From positions 288,001 through 352,000 of the forward strand of contig CAXXYE010000009.1 of NCBI GenBank assembly GCA_963674865.2: a stretch of 64,000 nucleotides of DNA, read 5' to 3'. The notes beneath the pieces were generated by a model. It made no database searches and was not told the DNA's origin. It was given only the letters and a program-made list of their open reading frames with translations. Position 1 is the stretch's first letter. The number at the start of each line of letters is the position of its first letter. The position numbers and the translations under genes were made by a program. This DNA comes from Candidatus Hydrogenedentota bacterium (lineage in GTDB: Bacteria > Hydrogenedentota > Hydrogenedentia > Hydrogenedentales > SLHB01). Below are positions 53,722-63,898 of the stretch, one piece after another.

Positions 53722-56700
53722 TTAATGCGGCCGCGTCCGATCGAGTTCCATCACCGTCGCACCCACGGCACGCGCGGCCCGGCGCACATCGTCCCGGCAC
53801 GTGAACAGCAGGATCTGGTTCTTATCGGACATCTGCATCAGCAGACGCAAGGCACGCTCCAGCCGGGCGTTGTCGTAATTCGCGAACGGGTCGTCGAGTA
53901 GCATCGGAATGCGCTCCGCGCTTTCGCTCAACGCCTGCACCATGGCCAGACGCAGCGCGAAGTAGACTTGATCAACTGTCCCCTTGCTCAGGCTGAGTTC
54001 CGGCCGCTCGGCAAGGCGCGCCGTCTGAGGAATCCGGACGGTAATCTCCAGTTCACGGCTGATCAGCAGTTCCCCGTAGACGCCGCCGGTGATATCGCTC
54101 AGAAATTCACTCGCCGCCTTGGCCAACTTAGGAGCGACCCGTGCGTGCGTGTCGCGCGCCACCGCCTCGATCACCGTCGCCGCGTAACTCGCCGCATCGA
54201 GTTCCCACGCCAGCGTATCCACCCGGCGCGCCAGTGCCGCGCGCTCCTCCTCGATCTCGTTGAGGCTCCGCGACCCGGCCGTGCGCTCCGTCAACTCGAT
54301 GTGGAGCGCATGCTCTTCCTTCTCCCGCGACTCGATGCGTTGCGACACCGCCTCGATATCGCGTTTGATAGCATCCGCGCTCTGGCCTCCCGGCGTCGGC
54401 GCCGGCCCTTCGCCCTCGACGCGCTCACGCAGTGTCGCCAGATCCTCACCGTGCAGCAGCGTGTCGAGCTGGTTCTGCAAGGCCGACCGCTCCCGCCAAA
54501 GCTCCCGGTATTGCTGCGCCTGTTGAGCCAAGGCACGCCCTTGCTCCGGAGAATCTGCGCCGACGGACTTGAGAGACTTTGCGAGGGCCTCTTCATGCTC
54601 GGCCAGGTCATTCTTCTCCGCGGCAATTTGGCTCTCGACGGCCTGGAGTTTCTCCTGAAGCACCTCGACGCGGCCGCGCTTCTGGCGGACCTGGGCGCTG
54701 CGAATACGATACGCCCTGAGCGCGCTCAGTGCGCTGTCATACCTGCTCTCGTCCGGGAACCCATTCTCACGCATCGAGCGGCGCACGTCGAGCGCCGTGG
54801 CGACCTCGTCCTTCAGGCGTGTGTCGAGTTCCGTCCGGATGCGCGCCAAATCCTCTTCATGTTCCAACACGAGCTGCCGGTTTTCACCGGCGCGTCGCTT
54901 CGCGTCGCGGTACTCCTGGTATCGGCCAATGGCGTGCTGGCACGCTCGTCCCACGTCGTCTTCGACCTCGATGTCTTCCCCAACCGTCGCCAGGGAACTG
55001 CGCATATGCTCGAAGAGCTGCGCCACGCGTTCCTTCGTGTCATCAACGCGCGCTTGAAGCTCCTCGACGGCCTGCTCCTGCGACGCCAGCGCCGCCGTGG
55101 ACTCGCGGAAGCGATCATAAAGGGCCTCCAACTCCCGCACGGTTTCACAATCGCCCGCATCCATAAGATGCTGCATCGTCTTGCGCGTGGCTTCATCCGC
55201 ACTGCGAAGTTGCGCCGCTTCTTCCTCATTGTTGGCCAGCCGGGCCGCCGCCCGCCGTGCGCTTCCCCGGAGATAAATCATGTTGCCGAGGAAATAAAGG
55301 AACGCCAGTCCCGTCAGCGTGGCCGGGACGAACAGCCCCGGCATCTCCTGGTAATACCCCGCCAATAGGAAGCCCGCGATGGCGCCCAGGCTCACCACGG
55401 TGAGCCAGAAGAAGCTGATCGCCCGCTCGCCGAACTCGCGCGTGTCGCCCCGCAGAACATCCGCTTGGCTGCCGAGTTGTTCGAGCCGCTCCTCCGTCAT
55501 ACGCGTCTTCAGCGCAAATTCGCGCGCTTCTTCGAGAAAATCCTCGTGTTCTGCAAAAATCGCGTGCGGCCCCGCGATATCTTGACGCCGGCGCGCTACA
55601 TCCGCGCTGAGGGTGGCGAGCTTCTCCTGCTCGTCATCACGCGAACGACGCGCCAACTCAAACGACCCGCTCAATTGACTCAACCATGCCACGGGATCCG
55701 CACTGGCCCGGCTGAAATCCGGCAACGCCTCAAGATCCTCATCGGCCTTGGACAGGCGTTCCCGTGCTGCGCTGAGCGCGGCCTCCGTCTCTTCGAGGCG
55801 ATCCCGCAGACGCTGAATGGAGCCCTCGAGTTCGGCAAGCCGCTGCTCCACGTCCTCGGGGATCTCCGCCATCGAGGGCAGGGACGCGCCGCCCGTCCGG
55901 GCGACCTCCGTCTTGAGCTCCGCGGCCAGGGCATCGCGCTCGCGTTCCGTCCGCTGCAACTGCTGGCGGGCCGTCTGCGCGAGTGTCTCCACCCGCTGCA
56001 TTTCCGGAATTCGCTCGACGGGGAACTCCCTCGCCGCGCCAAGTGCGAAACAGCGCTGCGTGACCCCGTCGATTTGTTCCGTGAGCGACTCCGCTTCTTC
56101 AAGGCGCTTGGCCCGATCAGCTTGCTCGATGCCCGCCAGCGCCTCCGTCAACTCTTCCCGCTGCGCCCGCAGCGACGCCACCTCCTCGATGATGGCCCGC
56201 CGCCGCTCCTCGACATCCTCGATTTCATCGCGAAGGGCCTTGGCCCGGCGGTATTCGGCCGTCAGTTCCGCCAGACGCGTGCGCGTCGCCGGCAACGGCC
56301 GCGTCCGCGCCGCCGGCTGGCCGATGGCCGCGATTCGCTTCTCCAGATTTCGCAGGGCAGCGTCCGCCGACCTCTCCTCCTCCGCTGAGTCCGCCAGCGA
56401 CAGCAGCTTCTCCCGGATCTGCTCGAGCGCGTCCTTGCCGCCCAGTTCCTCGAGCGAGAAATGCGATATGGTGGCCGTGTTGTGGAAGACGTCCTTGCTC
56501 AGGCCCAGATGGGCATCCGCGAAACGCAGCTCACGGTTTCGCAAGCGCTCGAACTCGCCCGTCATGTCCCGCGCGTTCGTGCGGTCGAACACCTGGATGG
56601 ACTCATCATCCTTGGCGAACACGCGGAGCACTTCGATGGCCCGGCCGTCGTCCAAGGTGTATAGCATGCGCCCCGCGTACTTGTCGGGAATGCCCCAAGG

Positions 56701-56901
56701 CCGCCGCGCTTCGTGTCCGTCATCGTAAAGCCGTTTCACCGGGCTGGCCTTCTGTCCGTAGAGCATGTCCCCGATGAAGTTCCGCACCGTAGTCTTGCCC
56801 TGCTCATTCGGGCCCGCGATCACCTGGAATCCCCGATCCAGCTCGACGACGAAGTCCGAGAAGCAACCGTATCCGTCCAGCCATAGCTTGCTGATCCGCA
56901 C
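53722..56901 (-). CDS. yhaN: YhaN/SbcE-like SMC/Rad50-type ATPase with central TM hairpin
   Basis: Walker A GPNEQGKTT, long coiled coils, signature LSKGT..Q.YFALRLA, Walker B MLLDDPFANYD, Q.LLFTC. Confidence 0.85.
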   Translation of the reverse strand: MRISKLWLDGYGCFSDFVVELDRGFQVIAGPNEQGKTTVRNFIGDMLYGQKASPVKRLYDDGHEARRPWGIPDKYAGRMLYTLDDGRAIEVLRVFAKDDESIQVFDRTNARDMTGEFERLRNRELRFADAHLGLSKDVFHNTATISHFSLEELGGKDALEQIREKLLSLADSAEEERSADAALRNLEKRIAAIGQPAARTRPLPATRTRLAELTAEYRRAKALRDEIEDVEERRRAIIEEVASLRAQREELTEALAGIEQADRAKRLEEAESLTEQIDGVTQRCFALGAAREFPVERIPEMQRVETLAQTARQQLQRTERERDALAAELKTEVARTGGASLPSMAEIPEDVEQRLAELEGSIQRLRDRLEETEAALSAARERLSKADEDLEALPDFSRASADPVAWLSQLSGSFELARRSRDDEQEKLATLSADVARRRQDIAGPHAIFAEHEDFLEEAREFALKTRMTEERLEQLGSQADVLRGDTREFGERAISFFWLTVVSLGAIAGFLLAGYYQEMPGLFVPATLTGLAFLYFLGNMIYLRGSARRAAARLANNEEEAAQLRSADEATRKTMQHLMDAGDCETVRELEALYDRFRESTAALASQEQAVEELQARVDDTKERVAQLFEHMRSSLATVGEDIEVEDDVGRACQHAIGRYQEYRDAKRRAGENRQLVLEHEEDLARIRTELDTRLKDEVATALDVRRSMRENGFPDESRYDSALSALRAYRIRSAQVRQKRGRVEVLQEKLQAVESQIAAEKNDLAEHEEALAKSLKSVGADSPEQGRALAQQAQQYRELWRERSALQNQLDTLLHGEDLATLRERVEGEGPAPTPGGQSADAIKRDIEAVSQRIESREKEEHALHIELTERTAGSRSLNEIEEERAALARRVDTLAWELDAASYAATVIEAVARDTHARVAPKLAKAASEFLSDITGGVYGELLISRELEITVRIPQTARLAERPELSLSKGTVDQVYFALRLAMVQALSESAERIPMLLDDPFANYDNARLERALRLLMQMSDKNQILLFTCRDDVRRAARAVGATVMELDRTRPH

Positions 56902-56904
56902 CGG

Positions 56905-58062
56905 CTATCCCCTCTCCAAGCCCTGTGTTTTGAGGTCCATGCCGCGGAACGCGGCCAAGCCCACTTCCCGCGCCCGCGTCAACACGGCCCGGCGATCCTC
57001 ATCGACCGCGTCGCGCACCTCGTCATTCATTGTCCGTACAAACGCCCCCAGGCTCGTCTCTTCCCACGCCAGGCTCGCGTAATCCTCCTCCGGCGCCGTC
57101 TCGTCCACCAAGTCCAGGTACTCGAAATCGCCCGCGACGGCGTCATACGCGGCCGGGATGGCGCTTCGGACCTCGGGCGGACAGATGCCCGTCAGCGTGA
57201 TCCGGGCCACCCGCGGCAAGTCCTCGTCATCCGGCAGCGCGCGGATGGTTTCCACTAGATCCTGGCTTGATGCCACGCCCGTACAATCGACCTCGTCCGC
57301 CGTATAGACCACCCGCGCCGACGGCGTCGGCTTCACCCGCACCGCCCCGTCCTCGATCTCTATCTCGAGGAAATACCGGGGCCCTGTCTCCTTGAAGCCG
57401 TGTCCTTCCGGCGCGCCGCTGTAATACATCTTCGTTCGGAAGGCCCCCTCGATGGCCTGCATCGTGTGAAAATGCCCCAGCGCCACGTAGGCCAGGCCCT
57501 CCACCGCCGCCGAGACGGCATCGAAAGGAGCGTACGCGCCCTGATCCGGCGGCTGATGGCCCCGCTCCGACCCGTGCGCCACAGCTACGTGCACGCCATC
57601 TCTCGACTCCAGGCGCAGCGCCCCAAACGGATTCTGCGGCAGATGCGGCGCATCGAAACCGAAGCCGTAGACTGTCAGCGCACCATCCTTCACTGAATGG
57701 CTCGCCCACTCCGGGCCCCGGAAGATAACGACGTTCTCCGGCCACAACTCCGACGCATAGGGCGAATTCGGTGTATACGGATCGTGATTGCCCGGCGCGA
57801 TGAACACCGGCACGTGCGAAATCGACTCGAACGCCTTCCGGCAGAACGCGATCGTATCCCGCGTGACGCGATCTTCCTCGAACAGATCGCCCGCGATCAG
57901 CAGCGCATCCGCCGGCCACGCTCCCGCCCGCCGGACAATCCCCGCGAACACATCGCGCAGGCTTTGCCGGCGGCGGTTGCCGAAATCCGACGGCAGCCCG
58001 GCACCCGCAAAACACGCGTCCAGGTGAACGTCAGCTGTGTGAACTAATCTGATGCAGCCCAT
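56905..58062 (-). CDS. yhaO: YhaO/SbcD/Mre11-like metallophosphoesterase (nuclease)
   Basis: HTADVHLD, AGDLFE, PGNHD, AHG, YVALGHFH, YSGAPEG. Confidence 0.88.
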   Translation of the reverse strand: MGCIRLVHTADVHLDACFAGAGLPSDFGNRRRQSLRDVFAGIVRRAGAWPADALLIAGDLFEEDRVTRDTIAFCRKAFESISHVPVFIAPGNHDPYTPNSPYASELWPENVVIFRGPEWASHSVKDGALTVYGFGFDAPHLPQNPFGALRLESRDGVHVAVAHGSERGHQPPDQGAYAPFDAVSAAVEGLAYVALGHFHTMQAIEGAFRTKMYYSGAPEGHGFKETGPRYFLEIEIEDGAVRVKPTPSARVVYTADEVDCTGVASSQDLVETIRALPDDEDLPRVARITLTGICPPEVRSAIPAAYDAVAGDFEYLDLVDETAPEEDYASLAWEETSLGAFVRTMNDEVRDAVDEDRRAVLTRAREVGLAAFRGMDLKTQGLERG

Positions 58063-58212
58063 GACTTACAACACTCGGAGATCACGCCCTCATGCCATCC
58101 TAGTGTCGCAGATTCACCGCCGAATTTCCAGAGAACGCCGTTCAGCGGGCGGATCCGCCGCCAACACACGGGCCTTCTTGTTGAGCATTTCGTCCCTACC
58201 CTGCCGCCACCA

Positions 58213-58480
58213 CCTCTCTGCGCTTCTCCACGTCCTCCCGTCTCTGCGTCGATAACTCTCCACCGCGGAGCCGCAGAGTCCCGCGGAGTTTCGCAGAGCA
58301 AGCCCCGTTAGGGGCGGCATGATCTAGCCCATGGCATAAGCCATGGGATCATGCCCACCCCAAGACAACAAGCCCCGGCAGGGGCGACATATTTCCTCTC
58401 TGCGCACCTTTGCCCCTTCCCCGCCTCTGCGTTTACAATTCTCCAACGCGGAGCCGAGGAGCCCTCAGAGTCCGCCGAGG
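58213..58480. repeat. Mosaic intergenic repeat: two ~85-bp direct repeats flanking a three-hairpin REP-like element
   Basis: cctctctgcgc...ctctgcgt...ctcca.cgcggagccg at 58213 and 58395. Between them: caagccccg..aggggcg.cat twice (58299, 58369) around the palindrome ggcatgat..cccatggc-ataa-gccatggg-atcatgcc. Confidence 0.8.
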
Positions 58481-58611
58481 GTATGACGTTGACGACGCAA
58501 CGCCCATGCCTGCCCTTGAGTGCGCATAAGGCATCTAGGGGATGCCGGCAGGCAAGCGCTTGTGATTGCCCAGTCTGCGGCAATGCCGGCCTTACGTAAG
58601 GGGACTTTATC

Positions 58612-59226
58612 ATGGAAGAATGCTTCAAAGATCTACTGCGAGTGTCCCGTACCAACAGAACGCTCGTGGCCGTGCATATCGAGAGGATATTCGAGGGCGA
58701 ATTCGAGGTGGGCGTGATACTTGCGCTCAATCAGCGCGGCTACGTTCTGGCGCGGATGTCAACGGAGGGCCTGCCCAACGGTGTTGTGGTTGGGCGCTTG
58801 AGGGACATCTCGCGTGTTGACACCAATACACGCTATCTCCGCGCACTGGCCCTCCTCGCGGACACGAAAGGCGAATGGCAACCGTGGCTCGAAGGCGTTT
58901 TCGCCTGCGAACCTTCGCGAGTCGGCGCCAAGACGCTAATCCATAGGGAGCTCCTCCGCGCGAAGACGAACGAAGAGATCGCTACCGTGTCTGGGGCACT
59001 GACAGAGATCGGACTCACAGGCTTTGTACGCGAAGTCCGCGACGACTACCTCGACCTCCTTGTCATCACTGACGAGGGGGAAGAACAGGGCCATTCGCGC
59101 GTGCGCATCAAGTTGATAGAACGCGTCATTCGCGGCGATCGCTCAGGCGAGGACCTCAGAATCCTCTACTTGAATCGAAGGGCCCTTTATCAGTCTCCTG
59201 ACAACGCAGGGCCGGGGAAGTGCTAG
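58612..59226 (+). CDS. Hypothetical protein, tandem paralog A
   Basis: Highly similar to 59261-59896 (NRTLVAVHIERIF, GLPNG.VVG, WLEGVFACEP, GHSR.R). Confidence 0.75.
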   Translation: MEECFKDLLRVSRTNRTLVAVHIERIFEGEFEVGVILALNQRGYVLARMSTEGLPNGVVVGRLRDISRVDTNTRYLRALALLADTKGEWQPWLEGVFACEPSRVGAKTLIHRELLRAKTNEEIATVSGALTEIGLTGFVREVRDDYLDLLVITDEGEEQGHSRVRIKLIERVIRGDRSGEDLRILYLNRRALYQSPDNAGPGKC

Positions 59227-59260
59227 CCGCGACAACGGCGAGTCGGAAGAGGCTGGAATC

Positions 59261-59896
59261 ATGAAGAGACGTCTCCGAGAGATAATGCAGACCTCATGCG
59301 CCAACAGAACGCTCGTGGCCGTGCATATCGAGAGGATATTCGATCCCGCATGCGAGGCCGGCGTGATACTCGCCCTGGGCCGGGGCCGCTATGTCTTGGC
59401 GCGCATATCGAACGCGGGCCTTCCCAACGGTATCGTCGTCGGGCTCTTGAGGAATGTCGCACGCGTCGACACGGACACGCGTCAACTGCGCGCAACACGC
59501 CTCCTTGCCTACGAGAGAGGTCAATGGCAGGCGTGGCTCGAAGGCGTGTTTGCCTGCGAGCCCGCCTCTTCTGAAGTGGGGCCGCCAACGCTTGTCCAAA
59601 GCGAACTGCTCCGGGCGAAGGCCGCCAAGGAAATCGTCACCATCTGTGGCGACATGCGAGACATTGGATTCACAGGCTTCGTTCTCGACGTTTCAGGCGC
59701 CTGCGCCGATCTCCTTGCCGTCACCGAAGAGGGAGAGGAGTACGGGCATTCGCGGATACGCCTCGACTTCATAGAACGCCTCACTCGCGGCGGCCGCTCG
59801 GGCGAGAATCTCAAGATTCTCTACCTGAGCCGGAATCCCCTTTACCGTTCTCCCCAAGGCGCAGAGCCGGGGCATGCCGCCCGCCGCGCACCATAG
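59261..59896 (+). CDS. Hypothetical protein, tandem paralog B
   Basis: Collinear paralog of 58612-59226 with both reading frames intact. Confidence 0.75.
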   Translation: MKRRLREIMQTSCANRTLVAVHIERIFDPACEAGVILALGRGRYVLARISNAGLPNGIVVGLLRNVARVDTDTRQLRATRLLAYERGQWQAWLEGVFACEPASSEVGPPTLVQSELLRAKAAKEIVTICGDMRDIGFTGFVLDVSGACADLLAVTEEGEEYGHSRIRLDFIERLTRGGRSGENLKILYLSRNPLYRSPQGAEPGHAARRAP

Positions 59897-59984
59897 CGCC
59901 CATCCCCATGAATACGCGAAGAAGATGGATGTAATTCCTTTGACGAAACTGCAGGCCTGGAGAGATACGAGGCACACGCTTGCG

Positions 59985-61206
59985 ATGCCACGGACGCACA
60001 ATTACCTCTCACCGCGACGGCTGTTGATGGCCACTGTATGCCTCTGGTTTGCCTGCCAGTGCATGGCCGCGGATCTCGGCCTTGAGCGCCCCGCTTCCCT
60101 GGCAAGAAAGGCCGCAGGAGCAAGAAGATTGCGGTTCGCGCCCGACGGGCTCCGTGCTCGGATTTGAGCGCCTGCCAAGCGGAGAGTCCCTGCTTTTCTC
60201 GTACGAGCCAACCAAAAATTCATTACGGCGCATCGCGTTAATCTCCACCTCCCTCTACCAGTTGATCCCGGGAAGCACATCGAAGTTCGCCGTTTGGTAC
60301 GAGATGGACACGGATAGCGCGTTGGAAACGCGCTACTACCTCGCCACACCCGATCACGCACGCAGAGAACTCGCGCCATTCCACTGGGCCGGCAGAGGTC
60401 GCGACCACCCCGTACGCACCATCCTCCGCGTGTTCCCGGAGCGAAAGCGCTTGCTCGTGCATACGCCGTCCGACGCCGGCAAGCCGTATTCCCTGTGGGA
60501 CACGGAGACGCTGAACACCGTGGCATCCGCAAGCCTGCAAGATAGCGATAGGCCCTGGTACTCGTGGTTGCCCTTTCTCAGGCCCGAACGGACGCCATTC
60601 CTCGCGTCCGACGCATTCGGGGCCGATAGGAACCACTTTATCGTTGCCGCGTACGGAGACAGAAGCGATGACTATCGCCTCTTCCTTTTCAGCCTCGAGC
60701 CCTTCTCTCAAGTTGGGACGCAATCCGTAGCCTACCGGGTGTTTCATTTCACGCCCGGCCCAAACCAAGACGAACTTGTCTTGGTTGGATCAGTGCTGCC
60801 GCCCGGCCTTGTGATCACGAAAGCATCTCTGGCCTCTGGCGCACTACCGGGAAAGCCTGGCCTTCGCCTGGAGCCCCTCGTGAATCCCGGTGTTTTCCCT
60901 GTGAGGACAGTCGCAGATGTACAAGTGGCGAGCGGCCTGCTTTTCTGGCTTCACGAAGGCAGAGAAGCAGGAGTGAGTGTCACCAGATTCGCAGAAGCAC
61001 AGCCCACGGATACAACGCTCGAAAACGCCGTTTTCAATCTGCCCATCACGCCCGTCACAAAGCTCTGGGGCTTCTCCGTGAACGGCGGCGGCACGCAGAT
61101 GGTTACCTGGGATGGCGGACGCTCCTTCATTCTTTGGGAGGTATCGCCGCAACCTGCCCTCAAGAAAGTCAGAGAAGTCCACCTCAATAACTTGGCCGCC
61201 CACTAG
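59985..61206 (+). pseudogene. Exported beta-propeller-like protein split by a single-base frameshift at ~60147-60149
   Basis: The frame from the ATG at 59985 gives a signal peptide and ...RLRFAPDG, then stops at 60167. Deleting one G joins it to the long ORF as FAPDGSVLGFER. Confidence 0.6.
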
Positions 61207-61426
61207 CGCCAATTCCTCGGAGCCGCTATCGCCGCCTCTGCCGGCGCGACTCTGGCTCGGGCATTCCCCTTTGCGGCTTGGCGCCTTGGCGTGAGCTCAT
61301 CGCCTCGTCAGCCCGACGGATTGGGAGGGAGTACCACCGGTTTGCCAAGTGGTGTATGACCGCAGCTCTCGGCCTCCGACATTCCCGCCCCTCGGCGGAT
61401 CATCACCCGGCCCACGCCCGGCGAAT

Positions 61427-62809
61427 TCAGCGATGAATCCTGCAGCCAGGCAGGGCGTTCATGAGGTCCGCCACTCCCGCTTCCGTTACCTTCGCCCCAC
61501 GGAGGTCGAGTTCCTCAAGATGCGTGAAGCCCTTCAGCCGACAGAGATCGGCGTCATCGATGCTGGTTCCTGAAAGGTCGAGGCGCATCAAAAGTTGAAG
61601 CGATGGCCAGGGCGAATACTCACGGCTATCCGAATAGGGAGCGCGAGAATCCGCGCCGCGCATGAGAAGAAGTCTGACGGTTTCCTCCTTGTCGCCCACC
61701 GAATAATACGGCTCAATCTGCCGCGTCGCGTAGTGGAGCGGCGTTCCCGGAAGCGTCGCGTCATTCGCATCGGCGCCGTGGTTCAGCAGAAAACGGACAG
61801 CCTCGACCCGCCCATGCAGAGCGGCGTATCGAAGGGCGACGCTCCCCTCGCGCCCGGCGAAATCAGCACCGGATTCCCGGCGCTCCGTCAGACGCCCCAA
61901 AGTCTCTGTATCACCGGCCCCGGCCGCATTGATAAAGGGGACATAACTTGCACGGAAGCCGGGAAGCCCGTCCAGCGGCGCACGCCGCTCCAGGATGGGC
62001 ATCGTATCAAGCGGCTCTATCCTGCATTCTGGCAACGCCCGCCGCAGTTCCGCCAAGCCCTCAAGCGAGATATTCGTATTGCTCAGATCCAGCGCTTTCA
62101 GGCATGAGAATCCGGAGAGGTACTTGATTCCATCATCGCCGAACGGCGTGCTCGCCAGATTGAGATAGAGCAGTGTGCGGAAGGGAGACGCGCTTAGCAG
62201 CCCCTCTCCCCGCACATGCGTGCCTGCCAGGTTCAGCGATTCCAGGCCCACAAAACCAACCAATCGCTCGAGATCCGAATCGCCTAAACCGGTGTTGGCG
62301 AAGTCCAGCGCCGTAACGCTGGCGTAACTGCTCACACTGCTGGGCGCTCCTGCTGCCACACGGCCCCCGGGCCCCATCCTCGAGTCTGCACCGAAAGCCA
62401 CAAGCGCCTCTATGATCCGCTGATACGAAGAAGGATCCGGCGCCGAGGCGCGTCCTTCCGAGGCCCACTGCAATGGGTATTTCCATGCTCGGCGCTTGAG
62501 GCCACCGTTGGGATCGGCCCCCTGTTCCACGAGGTAGGCCACAATTTCGGCATGCCCGGCGCGTGCAGCCGCTTGCAGGGCCGTGGAGCCGTCCGGAAAG
62601 GAGAAATTCACGTTCGCGCCGTTGCCGCCCACAAGGCACTTAACCGTACGAAAGTCGCCGTCTCTCGCTGCCTGGTAGAGCCTGCGCTGCTTGGGATGAA
62701 AGGCCCCATGTCTGGGATGTATGCATGCCCCCGTGAGGATGAGAACAGAGACGAGTCCCCATCGCCCCAGAAGATCGAGTCCGTCCGCCACCTGTCTTCG
62801 CCTCGCCAT
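61427..62809 (-). CDS. Putative lipoprotein with two [ankyrin + leucine-rich repeat] modules
   Basis: LILTGA|C; ankyrin GSTALQAAARAGH..IV.YLVEQGADPN and GTPLHYA; LRR LESLNLAGT and LKALDLSNT; cap L..ALP.CRI occurs twice. Start uncertain (ORF open from 62869). Confidence 0.75.
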   Translation of the reverse strand: MARRRQVADGLDLLGRWGLVSVLILTGACIHPRHGAFHPKQRRLYQAARDGDFRTVKCLVGGNGANVNFSFPDGSTALQAAARAGHAEIVAYLVEQGADPNGGLKRRAWKYPLQWASEGRASAPDPSSYQRIIEALVAFGADSRMGPGGRVAAGAPSSVSSYASVTALDFANTGLGDSDLERLVGFVGLESLNLAGTHVRGEGLLSASPFRTLLYLNLASTPFGDDGIKYLSGFSCLKALDLSNTNISLEGLAELRRALPECRIEPLDTMPILERRAPLDGLPGFRASYVPFINAAGAGDTETLGRLTERRESGADFAGREGSVALRYAALHGRVEAVRFLLNHGADANDATLPGTPLHYATRQIEPYYSVGDKEETVRLLLMRGADSRAPYSDSREYSPWPSLQLLMRLDLSGTSIDDADLCRLKGFTHLEELDLRGAKVTEAGVADLMNALPGCRIHR

Positions 62810-62983
62810 GTTTCCGCTCCTAGCGTCACTAGCCACTTCCTTGCTCCCGTGTCTTGTTCGGAGTTCCATCCTTAGCTGGCCCCCTATCTCTTCTCCGCGT
62901 GGCTCGGCGTCCTCTAGGCCTCTGCGCTCAACTTCCTCCCTGGCGTGTGGCGGGCCGCGGCCCGCCGGTTTCGCTGTGGGCGT

Positions 62984-63718
62984 TCATGCCTTGCTGCCCA
63001 CATAGATGTATGAATTCACGCTATAGAAGTACTCTCCGTTCCTTGCCAGAGCCTTCATTTCGTCACAGATCATGTCGTAGTCCGTCTTGCCTATCCTGCC
63101 GGTTGCCACAAGAGCGCCAAGATCCTGAAGACGATCGAATCCATACCGGCCTTTCTCATATTCTGTCTCCAGCAGCGTGAAAGATTCCATGAAACCTGTG
63201 AATAGTCCGCTGCCTTCAAACACGCCCCACAGGCGTCTTCCCATTTGGCCGTCGCTCGCGTCCATCCAGCCCTGCTGCCAATCCGAGAACTCGGCCACCA
63301 ACCTACGGACTACCTCCCTATGCTCCGAATGGTAAACCTGCGTATCCCAATCCCAGTGGGCAAAGAGGATACGGCCACCCGGCCGGAGCACTCGCGCCAC
63401 CTCCGCGACCAGCGCCGTCCTGTTGGGAATACACTCCAGGGCGTCGACGGATACGACAACATCAAAGGCGGCGTCGGAGAAGGGAAGCGAATCGACGAAT
63501 TTCTCCTGACGAAAATCCACGCCCGGATATGATTTCTTGGCGTGGTCGATATGCCTTCTCATCGCATCGATACCGACAAGATTGGAGCCTGGAGCCACGT
63601 TACCGGAAATACGGGCAAGGAGGTCGCCCGTACCGCAGCCAAGATCAAGAATGTCGTATTGCCTCTCCGGCGCCAGCTCCAGGAGGGATAAGATCTCATC
63701 GAATAACGTCGTCTTCAT
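62984..63718 (-). CDS. Class I SAM-dependent methyltransferase
   Basis: ILDLGCGTG, LPFSDAAFDVVVS, EVARVLRPGG. Confidence 0.88.
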   Translation of the reverse strand: MKTTLFDEILSLLELAPERQYDILDLGCGTGDLLARISGNVAPGSNLVGIDAMRRHIDHAKKSYPGVDFRQEKFVDSLPFSDAAFDVVVSVDALECIPNRTALVAEVARVLRPGGRILFAHWDWDTQVYHSEHREVVRRLVAEFSDWQQGWMDASDGQMGRRLWGVFEGSGLFTGFMESFTLLETEYEKGRYGFDRLQDLGALVATGRIGKTDYDMICDEMKALARNGEYFYSVNSYIYVGSKA

Positions 63719-63898
63719 GGTGCCTTCCTAAGTACATGACAACACCGCGTCCGAGTCGCACGAGGCCAATCGGGGATTACCATCCGCCAAAACCGGGCAC
63801 GGACGCCCACTTCCGGTGCATGGCTCCAGCCTCTTTGCCGTTTCGGGGAGTGGGTGTCATAATGCCCGCCCCTATATGAACCACGGGAGAACGCTGCC

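Noticed and set aside
58213..58480. CRISPR array
   Set aside because: Only two imperfect copies of each unit, no regular repeat-spacer period and no cas genes.
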